Below, piece by piece: positions 14,000-26,900 of a DNA stretch of 64,000 nucleotides. How positions within the stretch are numbered: the first letter of the stretch is position 1; each line of letters opens with the position of its first letter. A program made the position numbers and the translations under genes. The stretch is from Phoronis australis (lineage: Eukaryota > Animalia > Phoronida), in the NCBI GenBank assembly GCA_002633005.1, contig NMRA01000080.1, forward strand, positions 1-64,000, read 5' to 3'. The notes beneath the pieces are model-generated. The model did not search any database and was not told the origin of the DNA. It worked only from the letters and a program-made list of their open reading frames with translations.

Positions 14000-14770
14000 T
14001 AGAACACAACAGAACAGTGCTGAAAAGATGTGGCTAACGAAGTGGTCATTCCACAAGGCAAACCATGACAGAGACAGGCCTCAAAACACGCAGCCGGACA
14101 ATAGGGGAAACATCAGGGTAACATTGCCTTTTGTGCCAGGGATCGCTGATCAGATCAAATCACATATGAGGGGACATGACATTGCTGTTGTATTCAAACA
14201 TGTTAACACCATAAGGAGTCAATTGTTAAATGTGATAGACAAAACCAGCAAAGAGAAAACATCGAATGTGGTGTATGGCATTTCATGCTCGGAACTGGGG
14301 TGTGGAGCAACATATATTGGGGAAACCAAGCAAGCCCTGAAAAGTCGTTTCAACCAGCATCGGAGGTCCAGTTATGGGGACTTCTATGATTCTGCAGTTT
14401 TTACTCACATGGCTTCCACAGACCACTCTTTCGCCATGGAAGATGTGAAGATTCTGGATAGAGAAGAGAATTGGTTTCGGAGAGGGGTCAAAGAAGCTAT
14501 CTACGAGAGAATCGAGAATTCTAGCCTCAATAGACAGGGGGGCTGCGGTTTCACTTACCTAGGACATGGGATAGGTCGCTGAAGAGAATCCCGCGGAAAC
14601 TGTGCGACGGATCACATGACAAGTCACGTGACAACTCAGTGGCCTGATGAAGTCCTCAAGAGGAGGACGAATCGTAGCCATCTCTACATAGCGTAAGTCC
14701 AGTAGTAGATTTATTTATTGTTTCTTATACCGACCCAACTGGATGACTGAAAACATTCATAGTAGTAGTA
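14000..14770 (+). mobile_element. 5'-truncated Penelope-like retroelement: GIY-YIG endonuclease plus 3' pLTR
   Basis: ORF 14028..14582 has TLPFVPGI, NVVYGISCSELGCGATYIGETKQALKSRFNQHR, SAVFTHM, KILDREENWFRRGVKEAIY and SLNRQGG. The 3' end reads CTGGATGACTGAAAACATTCA followed by (TAG)n. Confidence 0.9.
14639..14681 (+). ncRNA. Minimal type I hammerhead ribozyme motif (variant core) in the Penelope pLTR
   Basis: GTGGC-CTGATGA-A-GTCCTC-AAGAG-GAGGAC-GAATCGTA-GCCAT. Stem I is TGGC/GCCA, the core is CUGAUGA, and stem II is GTCCTC/GAGGAC. GAAAC is changed to GAATC. Confidence 0.7.
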
Positions 14771-15098
14771 TCAGTGTGGACATTTGCAGGTGTGTCTGTT
14801 ACCAATAAAATTAGTCACAAATGTCTGAAAGATTTTTTCATGATCAAATGGTTTCCTAAAAGAACTAGATAGGGAATACATTAATGTTATAGAAAACGAG
14901 AAAACTGGCGGCAAATCAATGAGCGTAAGCAACAGGCTTGGAGAGGTAATGGTCCAGACTAGCTGCACAGTTCCCACATTCGGGGATTCTGAAATGAAGC
15001 AACAGACAGTTAAAGGGCAATTGGAAACACTTAAAAATGAAGGCCAGGTAGGAAATTACATTGGTGAAAAAGGTCGCGAAGAAAAACTTTGACGGACG

Positions 15099-15315
15099 CA
15101 GTGGCGGATCTAGGATATCATGAGGGGGACCAACGTTTTTCGTTATGTGGTACCTGTGCCTAACAAACGTACACAAACTAAAGAACACGCCGACGATAAG
15201 GCGCAACATAATGAATACCCTAATTTAATTCCGTATAGTTTTTACTATTCACTTTTTGCTGGCGGACAAAGGGGAGGGTAGAACCCCTGCCCGGTCGTCC
15301 TTAAATCCGCCACTG
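15099..15315. mobile_element. MITE with CAGTGGCGGAT terminal inverted repeats; related copies or ends at ~11790-11803, 42205-42391, 51068 and 53477-53800
   Basis: CAGTGGCGGATCTAGG at 15099 and AAATCCGCCACTG ending at 15315, with G/C-run subterminal segments. Confidence 0.7.
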
Positions 15316-15779
15316 GGACCAAAGGAGCTCGGGCAGAAGAATCAAAGATGATGCCGTCTTTAGGCTCGCCCGTAACACTCACGAATGTGACGCCTTGCTC
15401 GATCAGTCTTATTCTGTGAAACCAGTCCGAATGACAATCTGCAACACGTTTCGGTCTACGTTTGAGTCCGTGTCGTAGTAAACATGAAAAATGAAAATAA
15501 TACGTTCTCGCTCTAAATTAATTGCATCGGTGTCTTTCAGCTCCACGGTTGAGCACACTTTTATCGCACAAGTCAGACGTCAATTTAAGCGTGTCAAACC
15601 TGGGTCAGGCCAGCTCTTTTAAGAGCTGGCTTAAAAGTTTAACCTGCTTTGAGATCTTAATACAGTTCTAAGGAATGTAATTCTCGTTGGTGAAATGAAA
15701 ACCGGTGTAAACCAGGTCTCAAATTGGGTTAAACCAGGTTTTACAAGACCACTGGTAATGACGCTAAGACACCTTTATT

Positions 15780-17360
15780 ACGTGCCATCTGGTCTAAAGT
15801 TCCTTGAGGAAAAAGGCCTTCTATCGGAATCACAGTCTGGTTTCTGCATTCTACTCTTACTTTAAACAATCACGCTACTGACATTATTTTAACAATTTGG
15901 ATCAGAGGAGGCTTACCGGTGCTACTTGTGTCCACCTTAATAAAGCCTTTGACATTGTGGGTCATGTAATCCTATTACAGCAACTAGAGTCACATGGAGT
16001 TAACGATAACGAACTTCTTCGGTTTAAAACTGATACGACCGCAAACTGGCTACCAAATACGGTAGCTTTCTTTCCAATTACTCAACCGTTATCACTGGCG
16101 TATCTCAGGGTTCAATTCTGGGCCCTCTATTATTCACTTTTTTGCTAACGATCTCCCTACCGTCCTCCACAACAGTGTACTAGTTTTATACGCTGATGGC
16201 GTCGCAGTTATGTCCACAACTGGCTCAGTAAAAGAACTTGAAACTTCTCTCAATGATGAGATAGCCCTTATCTATGACTGGCTTTTAAAAATAAACTCAC
16301 TCTTAGCATTTTTGAAACCAAGTCTATGCTGTTGGGAACCCACCACAAATTAAAACAGCAGAAATTGTCTCTTTTTACCAACGGTTCCCCTAGTGAGTGT
16401 GTCGACAAGTTTAAGTTCTTGGGCCTTATTTTAGGTACCAAACTTATATTTAATTTGCATGCAGATCACATCACAAAAATTGTCTTGGTAAATCGGCGTA
16501 CTTAACGTCTAGGTAAATTTCTTAATGTCAGCACTGTTAAGACACATTACCGTTCTATTGTCCAGCCCCATATTGGTTACTGGTTTCCGGTTTGGGACAT
16601 ACGAGCGACAACCTCGTAAGCAAAGTCAAGGCAATCCATAACAGAGTCGCCAGGGCTACCCTGGGTACTAGAATTAGGGACAACCGGTTCAACGAATTGT
16701 ATTCCAAGCTTGGATTTTTGAAAGTAAGACAAAGAAGTAAATATCTCTCTGCCTGTTGCATGTACAGCTGTCTCAATGGCTTAGCTCCAGCATATCTCAG
16801 CTGCAAATTCAGTAGCAGTCAAACTTTATATTCTACAAGTTCTTCCGTTGTTGGTAATGTTTGCTTAAAAATCAAAACCAAGACGGGCAAGAGATGTTTT
16901 ATGTATGCTGCTACTGCAGTATGGAACTATCTTAGCCCAGAAATTAAACGGCCCAATTCAGTTAATGTCTTCAAATTTCATATTAAAAAGTGGCGGTAAT
17001 TTATTTTCCAATTCTTACATCTGTATCTGTCTTAATTATGCCATTTTTCCAAACTGTAAATACACTCAGTACTTATTACCAACTTTGCATTTAATTTCCT
17101 GTCTAGTTTATTCATCCTTCGTCATTTAGTTATTTATAATCTAAATTCCCAGCCTGTTTTGATTGACCTTATACTCCAGGCCTTAGGCACACAGTACATA
17201 TCTAATATATATACACACACTCATATATTGTTTTATCACTTTATTGTATCATATTGTACTGTATTGCATCTTGCTATTGAGGGCCCTCTTGGAAAGCAGT
17301 GCTGAGACTGAAGAGGCCACCCTCATTTTAAATGTATGTATTATAATAAATAAATAAATG
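15780..17360 (+). mobile_element. 5'-truncated, decayed L2/CR1-group LINE (reverse transcriptase pseudogene)
   Basis: Frameshifted RT motifs LLSESQSGF, LNKAFDIVGH, GVSQGSILGPLLF and LYADG, then KFKFLGL and the C-terminal GKRCFMYAATAVWNYL. The 3' stem-loop GAGGGCCCTCTT...GAAGAGGCCACCCTC is followed by an (AAAT)n tail. Confidence 0.9.
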
Positions 17361-17907
17361 AAACAAGTCCACTTTAAATCAGGTTTAATTTTAAGCCACC
17401 TTTATGAAATCGGCCGTTACAGTCCAAATCAACGACCAACAGAGAAACAAACAAGGAAAATCGCTGGCGAGTTACAAAAACATGCGGCATACCTCACAAT
17501 GAAATGAAAATGCGCTCCAACTTACATTGTATGTAAAATAAACCCTAAACAGAATAGAGCGAAAAAGAACCCAATTCACTTCCCTAGCGTCTTGTTAACA
17601 TTTTCTTTTCTTTGTTAGGATCTGATGTGGAACATATATGAGTAACAGCCCATGAGACTTATTCGGAAGCGCCTACCTCGACGACAAAACTCGTGTAGTT
17701 TTATTCTTTTGCACAAGACCTCCAGCAAAATCTTACACTGGCTAATCATGGAAAGATTTCCTTATCGTCAGTTGTGCTATGAGTCAGACGACATTTAATT
17801 TACTGTATGAATATTTCACAATTTCACCCCTCTGATTTTTCAAGCCCCAGTAGACCGAGCTAGGCGGCTCTGCAACATCAAGGAATACTTCAGTGAGTTT
17901 TCCGAAG

Positions 17908-17980
17908 GTACATGTATGTGATTTCTAATTTTTGCATTGGTTTTGAGACTATACTTCAAAGGACGTGTCATCTTTTTTAG
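17908..17980 (+). other. Probable short intron upstream of the giant NRPS exon
   Basis: Donor GAAG|GTACAT at 17907/8 and acceptor TCTTTTTTAG|GT ATG at 17980/1. The upstream open frame DRARRLCNIKEYFSEFSE joins in phase 1 to G-MTSDE. Confidence 0.55.
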
Positions 17981-17982
17981 GT

Positions 17983-20900
17983 ATGACCAGCGATGAAACA
18001 ACAAAATCTAAAGATGCTACTATTGTTGGTGAGGACGTCAATCATGAAGTCTTTACGATCAGCCAAAAACATTGCTCAGCAATATCTGACATTGTCTCAC
18101 CTGCTAGCTACAGCACAGTAGAAGCGTTGGTATGTATTGCGTATGCTGTGCTCATCCGTTATGAAGGCGCCGATAAACCCCCCTCCATTGTCTTGGCGTT
18201 TGCTAGTCCTCTGCAGGATGAACAAGAATCTGACACCTCTTTGCAGAATTACGACAAAAATACTTCTGACGGCGAATATTCAACAGCTCTATTTCCTTGT
18301 GATGTCAATGGTCATATTTTGAACCTGCTTTTGTCTCAGCGTCTTGAGCTTGAAAAATGGCCTGTAGCGCTTTCTTATTTTAGGCGCAGCAGCCCAAACG
18401 TATACATGGCGTTCGATCTTCCGCGCGAGTTCAACCGAAGCAGCCAAAGTAAGCAGTCTGCAATTAAGATCAGCATGGTCCTTCAAATAAATGGGGATTA
18501 TACATGTTCAGTGCATCAAAGCACAAGCTGCTGTAACAAACCGGTGACGAGATTTCAAGATCANNNNNNNNNNNNNNNNNNNNNNNNNNNNNNNNNNNNN
18601 NNNNNNNNNNNNNNNNNNNNNNNNNNNNNNNNNNNNNNNNNNNNNNNNNNNNNNNNNNNNNNNNNNNNNNNNNNNNNNNNNNNNNNNNNNNNNNNNNNNN
18701 NNNNNNNNNNNNNNNNNNNNNNNNNNNNNNNNNNNNNNNNNNNNNNNNNNNNNNNNNNNNNNNNNNNNNNNNNNNNNNNNNNNNNNNNNNNNNNNNNNNN
18801 NNNNNNNNNNNNNNNNNNNNNNNNNNNNNNNNNNNNNNNNNNNNNNNNNNNNNNNNNNNNNNNNNNNNNNNNNNNNNNNNNNNNNNNNNNNNNNNNNNNN
18901 NNNNNNNNNNNNNNNNNNNNNNNNNNNNNNNNNNNNNNNNNNNNNNNNNNNNNNNNNNNNNNNNNNNNNNNNNNNNNNNNNNNNNNNNNNNNNNNNNNNN
19001 NNNNNNNNNNNNNNNNNNNNNNNNNNNNNNNNNNNNNNGACCTACAACAGAAAATTGCTGTTCAACTTCCATCATATATGGTTCCAGCGTTTGTTGTATT
19101 CATGCATTCATTCCCCGTAACTGCTAATGGGAAAGTGGACCGCCGAGCGCTGTCTGAGGTAGACTTTGGTAAAAAAATCAACGACAATACAGACTCTCCT
19201 CTGCTTGAAAAGAGCTCAGGAACGAAAATAGCATCGTTTACAGAAAGGGAATCTCTTCTTGCTGAAACATGGAGCAAAACATTTAATGTAACGTTAGAAG
19301 AACTTTCACCTTCGTCATCTTTCTTTGAAATTGGCGGTGATTCCATTTCTGCTATGACTGTAGTCGCTGAGGTTCGGAAGAAAGGTTTTAGGATATCGGT
19401 GCAGCAGGTTTTGGGTAACCCTAGGCTTTGTCAACTTGCCATGATAGCAAAACCAGTCCGGAGTGTTCAAAATGGCGAGGTGCAACATCACTTAACACCG
19501 TTTGTTCAACTTACTCCAGCCCAGATTTGGTTCTTTGTACAAGAGTTCAAAAACCCACATTTCTGGAACCAGTCGTTCCTTCTTCAACCAAAGAAACAAA
19601 TTGAAGCATCCCAGCTGACTTCAGCCTTAACCAAACTGATTAGACAGCATGAAATGTTGAGGTGTACGTACACCCAAACATCTGAAGGTAAATGGATACA
19701 GAAAATAAAGGACACAAAGATGCCATTTCTCAGAACCAAAACATTAGAGAACTTGGACATGCTAAACGAAGAATTAGACAAGTTAAAATCGTCTCTTAAT
19801 ATACACGAAGGCCCTCTATTGGCAGCTGGTCTATTTAATGTCGGTAATGTGCAAAGAATCTTTTTAACAGTTCATCATCTGGTTGTTGACCTTGTTTCGT
19901 GGCGTATCATTCTCGAAGACCTTGAAAAAATGTATGAAGGACACCAAACTGAAATGCCAAGCATGTCATTTCAAAAGTGGTCTTTACGCTTACGACAAAT
20001 GGCTGAGCCCATTATGCGTGATGCATGGCCGAAAGAAACTGAAGCCATGCCACTACTGATAGATTTTGGAAGTAATTTAATTCCAACATCTAGCTACAGA
20101 AAGGCAATTATTTCTGAGCTTGATCACAGCGTAACCGCTGCTTTGGTATCCTCTGCAAATTCTTCATTCAAAACTAATACTGCAGACATTTTGCTTGCGT
20201 CTCTAATTCTTGCATACAACGAATCATTTGGGTTAAAGGATCTGCAAATTGACGTTGAAGCTCATGGTCGTGAGCCGGGGTGTGACACAGATGACATTTC
20301 AAGAACTGTTGGTTGGTTCATGACAATGTTTCCGCTGAAGTTAGAAATCTGCCAGGGTTCTTCACGCGACACCACCATGGAAAACACGCTAAAATTGGTA
20401 AAAGAAAAATTAAGAAATATACCGAATCGCGGGATGCCTTTTTGGCTTTTGAAGTTTTTGAAGAACTCCGATGAGACAAAAGTTCAAAAATCAGACGTAC
20501 TTTTCAATTACTATGGTCGATTCGATCAAATTCAAACCAAAAGTGCTTTGTGGGACCTTGCCGACGAGTATCCTTGTGGTGAGGATGAGTTCAGTGCAGA
20601 AGAAAAGCTGACACATAAAGTGGTCGTTGAATGTAGTCTGAAAGAAGAAAAACTCCACATGAAGATGTTTTACTGCACTGATATCCACCGAAAGACGACT
20701 ATAGAATCATGGATGGCGAAATGGAAAGAGAGTTTAACAAATCTTGTGTTACACTGCATAAGAGATGACGTCTTTGGATATACACCGTCAGACTTTCCGT
20801 TACTGAAACTTTCACAGCACCATTTAGATGAGCTATTGTCAACAAGACTTGCACAATTGGACCTTGAAGCTGAACACGTTTCCGACATGTATCCGTGCAC

Positions 20901-23900
20901 GCCCATGCAAGAAGGCTTTTTATTTAGTCTTTTGAAAGATACTGCTGCTTATGTGATACAGAGGTCATGTACTATCAACGGCTCAGTCGACCAGCACAAG
21001 CTACAAGTGAGCGTTTATAAAGTGATTTTAAGACACGACATTTTGCGAACACGCTTTATTGCGGACAGATTAAATGGCTGCATGCAGATAGTACGGAAAA
21101 CTTTCCAACCCCAGTGGACAATTGAGGACTGGTCTGATCTTGAAGAAAACGAACGTTCTAAAAAAGAGATGGAATTCTTACAACATGATCGCTGTTCAGG
21201 TTTTAATTTCTCAGAGCCAATGCTAAGGTTTGCACTGTTCAGGAATTGCAAAGAAACGTACCGCTTCATTATTTCCTCTCACCATAGTTTAGTGGACGGC
21301 CAAACGAGTTCATTGATTCTTCAGGAAATAATACTGGCCTACAATGACGCCGTACTGCCGGACTCACCCTCATTTAAGGAATACGTCAGAGAAATGATTG
21401 ATTATAACACGACTTGCTACAAAGCTGAAGGTTTTTGGAGAGAAGAAATGTATCAACTACCTGACCGTGGCAACCTTCGTTTCTTGCCCCCAGAAAGTCC
21501 ACAAACGGGGTATGCTGTTATTCACCACTCAACAATGTATGGAAAGGTGGGAGAAATTCAGAAGTATGCAGAGCACCATGAGGTTTCAGTTGCTACCATA
21601 ATCTGTGCTTCTTGGGCTTACGTAATCAACAAATATTCTTGTGATCCAAACGACGTCATTTTTGGTTTTGTCGTGTCTGGACGTGGGACCTCTCATATTG
21701 AAAATGTTAACAGATTAGTTGGTGTAACCACAAACACTTTGCCATTCAGAGTGAAGATTCAAGACCAACACGTTCCCGAGTGGCTACAATACATCCACGA
21801 AAAGTTAACAGCTATTCTTGAACAAGAAAAGTCGTCCATGTCAAATATACAAAAATTGTGTGGACTAACTCCAAACGACATACTTTTCGAAACTCTTGTA
21901 TCTTACAATACAAGGAACAGAGAAATGGAGTCTTCCTTAAAATCAGCATCTTTCGATGTCTGCTATGTCTATGATCATGAATTCACGGAATATCCTCTCG
22001 CACTAGACATTCTCAACAATGGTAATGCTATTGAAATCAAAGCAGTGTACGACAAAGATATTTTGGATGAGTCAGCAGTTGTGCAGATACTCAAACAACT
22101 AGAAAGAGCCATGTGGTGGATAGCAACAGCGTCAAACGAATCTCGCATAAGCGAGTTTGACATTGTGAGTCCTGAAGAACATTATGTATTGAAAAACTTC
22201 AATCCAGTCGATAACTATGATCGACAACTGGGGCACTTCAAAGGTGTGCATCAAGTATTTGAAATGATGGTGGAACGCTGTCCCAAAGAGCATAAGGCAC
22301 TGATCATGGACGATGCGTCATTAACCTACAGAGAACTCAACTCAAGTGCCAACGCTCTAGGTTTACGACTCCGATCTCTTGGCATTTCACGTGACGAGAA
22401 GCTTGGACTTCTCATTGATCGAGGAATAACTATGGTTATCGGAATGCTGGGAATCTGGAAAGCTGGAGGAGCCTTTGTTCCTATTGATGCTGCCCAGCCA
22501 TTGGACCGCGTGCAGTTCATATTGGAGGATTGTGGCTGCCAAATTGTTTTAAACTGCAGCTCCGTCGACATCAACTTATTACCACAGAAACAAACGCATA
22601 TTAGTTTAAATAGCCATACCCTTGCTACGTACAAAAATCAGAGTGTTTGTAATCTGGAATGTGTCAATGAAGCACGAGACCTTTCGTATATGGTTTATAC
22701 TTCTGGTACAACTGGGCGACCAAAAGGCGCCATGGTTGAACATCGTGGCATAATTAATAGCTTGATGTATAAGCCTGGGGGGCTTCTTGATGTGACCCTT
22801 CAAACTAACGTTATGCAGAACTATGCCGTCGGATTCGACGCTGCTGTCTTGGAAGTGTGGACAACACTTTGTCATGGTGGGTGCCTTTTTATTCCTTCTG
22901 GCGATTTTACGAAGATGATGAAGATAGTCGATGCTGTTGGGAACACACCGTCTACTCTTGCTATTCTCGACCCCATTGATTATTCTAATTTGAATCTTGT
23001 TCTTGTGGCTGGTGAACCGTGTTCGTCAGCAATGGTGAAAGTCTGGGGCAAAAGTGTAGTTCTAGTAAATGGCTACGGACCGACAGAATGCAGCGTAATG
23101 TCTCACAATAGTCGACTGTTGCCAGATAAACGAGTTTCAGTTGGCAAGCCTGTGCCAAATACCAAAAGCTACGTTCTAGACAGCTATCAGCGTCCTGTTC
23201 CACCTAATATGACAGGCGAACTTTATTTAGGCGGAGTTAACGTTGGACGAGGTTACCATAACAGACCGGATTTGACAGAAAACGCCTTTTTCGAAAACCC
23301 TTTTGATACTGGACGAATGTATAAAACTGGTGACTTGGCAAGATGGTTGGAAAACGGGGAAGTCCAAATCATTGGGCGAATTGATCATCAAATCAAAATA
23401 CGAGGCAAACGTGTAGAACTCGAAGAAATCAGGTCTGATATTGAATGTCTTCCGGGTGTAACACAAGCACACGTCCTTGTTCAAGACAAACATTACATCG
23501 TTGCGTATGTCATGACTTCTGCTGCACTCAATCAATCCAATCTTCTTTCACATTTAAAGAAGAAACTTCCAGGTTTTATGGTACCGACGGCAGTATTTTT
23601 CATGGAAAGTTTTCCACTTACAGCAAACAAAAAGATTGACCAAAAATCTTTACCAAAATTTGAGCCCCAAACAACGCATTATAAGGGTGCAACTCCGTCT
23701 AATAATTTTGAAAAAATGATTCTCAACGGTTATAGAGAGGTTGTGGACCCAGGTTTTAACATGGAAGATGATTTCTTTGACTTTGGAGGGCACTCCCTTT
23801 CAGCAATACGCCTAAAATCGCTGCTTTCAGAAAATACAGGAATCGACATTTCCATGGTCGATGTTATGCAATTCACCACGCCGGCTGACCTTTCCGCAGA

Positions 23901-26900
23901 ACTAAGCAACAGAATGCTGTTTCCAAAAAAGAAGCAACAAACGGCATTCATCATTCCAAAAACTTGTCCAATCGACGCCGAGAAGATTATTTCGGCCAAA
24001 GCATCCTGTCGACAAGAACAAATGTGTTTATTGTATGAACTAATTCCAAGTAGTCCAGTGTACAATGTTACTGTAATCCTCGCATGTCATGGATTATTAA
24101 AAGTGGATATTCTGACAAAAGCTCTTAGACACATAACGACAATGCATGCTTCGTTCCGCACCTCGTTTACGAGGTCTGCTGACAATTCTTTTTATCAAAC
24201 AATAACACCCGAAAAAGTCTACGATCTAGACTTCAGCTACTTTGACTACACAGGACAATCGGATAGTAGTCAACAGAAAGCACGTGAACTGCTGTATAAA
24301 GAAGCTGCAAAACCGTTCGAACTTTATTCTATTCCACTGGCCAGATTTGTACTGGTCAAACTATCAAACAAAGTTCATCATTTGGGAATATTTATGCACC
24401 ACTCCGTCACTGACGGAGCCTCAATTAAGATAATTATTGAACAGTTGGGTGAATGCTATTCTTCGTTACTGAATAATTATCAGTTAACTATTCCGCCACA
24501 AAGATTAAACTACATCGATTACAGCAATTGGGAGAGGAAGCTACTAGATGGTGGCGAAATGGAGAGACAACTAGAGTTTTGGAAAAACAATTTAGAAAAT
24601 GTTGCTACTATTATGGATTTACCGCGAGATCGTTCACGCCCCGCCATTCCATCCTATCGAGGCGCAACTGTCTTCTTTGATATTCCAGAGCTTGTTTCAG
24701 AAAAATTGATGAAATGTGCCCTTGAATGTGGGGCAACACTTTTCACATCTCTGGTATCTACGTTTGCATTACTCATTCGAGTGTATTGTCAAGCTGACGA
24801 CGTAGTTGTGGGTGCCTTCTTCTCTGGAAGGCACAACCCCGGTGTTGAAAGCCTAGTAGGTTACTTCGTGAACACTCTTCCTGTAAGAGTTCAGTTCGAG
24901 GAAAATACCACATTCAAATCCCTTTTGAAATATGTGAGGAATTTGATGCTTGACGTTCTTGATAACCAGGACGTTCCATTTCAGAAGATCCTAGAATGCT
25001 TGAATGTACCACGTGATACGTCTTATCACCCCATCATTCAAGCAGCAACTGTTCTTCAAGAAGGTTTTGCAAACATGCACTTTGGCGATGGACTTTCTAT
25101 CGACGTTCAGACCTTCGAGCAATTCACTGCAAAGTTTGACTTGAACTTGGAGTTTGTGAGACAAGAGAGTGGAAAGTTGAGTGGCCATTTCGTATACAAC
25201 ACTGATATATTCAACCGTTCTACCATACACAGAATGAGCCAGACTTTGTTACACTTGTTTGAAGTGCTAACAACAAACCAAGACACGCCTTTTAGCTCTT
25301 TAGACTTGCTACCACCATGTCAGTCAGCCCTTATTAAATCGTTTAACAGGACGGGAGATTTTTGCAAGCTTCGCATGCACCAGCAATTTGAACAACAAGC
25401 AGAACTTGTACCAGACAGTATTGCAGTTGAAGAAATTGACAGGCACATAACGTACAGAAGCTTAAACGCAGCTTGTAACAAATTGGCACGGAAATTGCGT
25501 TCTTTTGGGATCGTTCCAGACGCCATAGTCGGCGCTGTTTTTGACAGAAACTTAGAATTCGTTGCTTCTGTCTTAGGAATTATGAAATCTGGCGGCGCAG
25601 TCCTTTCAATTGAAGCGACTGTTCCGAAAAGTCGTGTCGATTTGATGCTCGAGGACGCCGGTTGTAAAGTGGTTGTTACTACAAGCAAAGTAAAATCAAC
25701 AGGAGTTCTCGATTCCTTTCAAGGGGAAATTGTGCTGGTTGATTTACAAAAGTATACTACACGCTATGAAAGTGATAAATTTGATGAGAATGACTACGCC
25801 AATTTGGAAAACGTTTCTGATGCAAGACATCTGGCATATATTGTATACACGTCAGGAACAACAGGGAAACCCAAAGGGGTTATGATTAATCATTGGGGCT
25901 GTGAGTGTCTGATTGCTCGATCATGCAAAGAGTACAGTATCACTCATGGAACAAGAGTAACTCACTTTTTCAACATAATGTTTGATGTCGCTTATCAAGA
26001 GATGCTAATGACTTTAACCAGTGGAGCGACACTGGTCCAACGAGAAAAGAACTTTCTTAATACTTTGAAGAAAGTCGACGTAGCGTTGATGTCGCCATCT
26101 GTTCTGGCTTCTCTGGAACCTAGTGATTTTCCAAATATCAAAAGGGTGATAGTTGCCGGCGAAATACTCCCAGAGTCTGTAGTCAATAAGTGGGAGAAAC
26201 ACGTAGAGCTCTACAACGAATATGGTCCGTCAGAAATAACGATTGTGTGTACTTGGGGGCTGACAAATGGAAACTCTAAAGTTACTGTTGGAAAACCTAT
26301 TACCAACTGCTCAGTGTACATTTTAGATAACAACTTAAGGCCAGTCCCCATCGGAGTGAAAGGTACAATGTACCTTGGCGGAACTGGGATTGCTAGAGGA
26401 TATGTAAAGCGGCCGGATTTGACACAACAGAAATTCATCGACAACCCCTTTAGCGAGGGAAAACTTTACAATTCGGGTGATTTAGGTTCTTGGACTGAAA
26501 ACGGAGAAATTATAGTAGCAGGTCGCAAAGATAGGCAAGTTAAATTAAGAGCTTTTCGTGTAGAACTCGATGAAGTCGAGCATGTTATGAGGATGCAGGA
26601 TGGAATTTCAAACGCAGCATCTGTCGTGAAAAATGACGTTCTTGTGGGATACGTCACACCAGACATAGGAAGTGCTGGCGTTTTTCAACTGAAGAAAAAT
26701 CTACAAGACAAACTCCCTCGCTATATGGTTCCATCAGTGATAGTTCCTTTGTCAGAATTTCCTATGTCAAGCTCAGAAAAGATTGACTATAAAAGCTTGC
26801 CTGAACCCAGTGTTGGTGACATCGAGATACTGACTAAAAAAGAAGAAATTTTGATCGAAATATGGAGTGAGGTTCTACAAATCGATCCATCAAAAATAAA

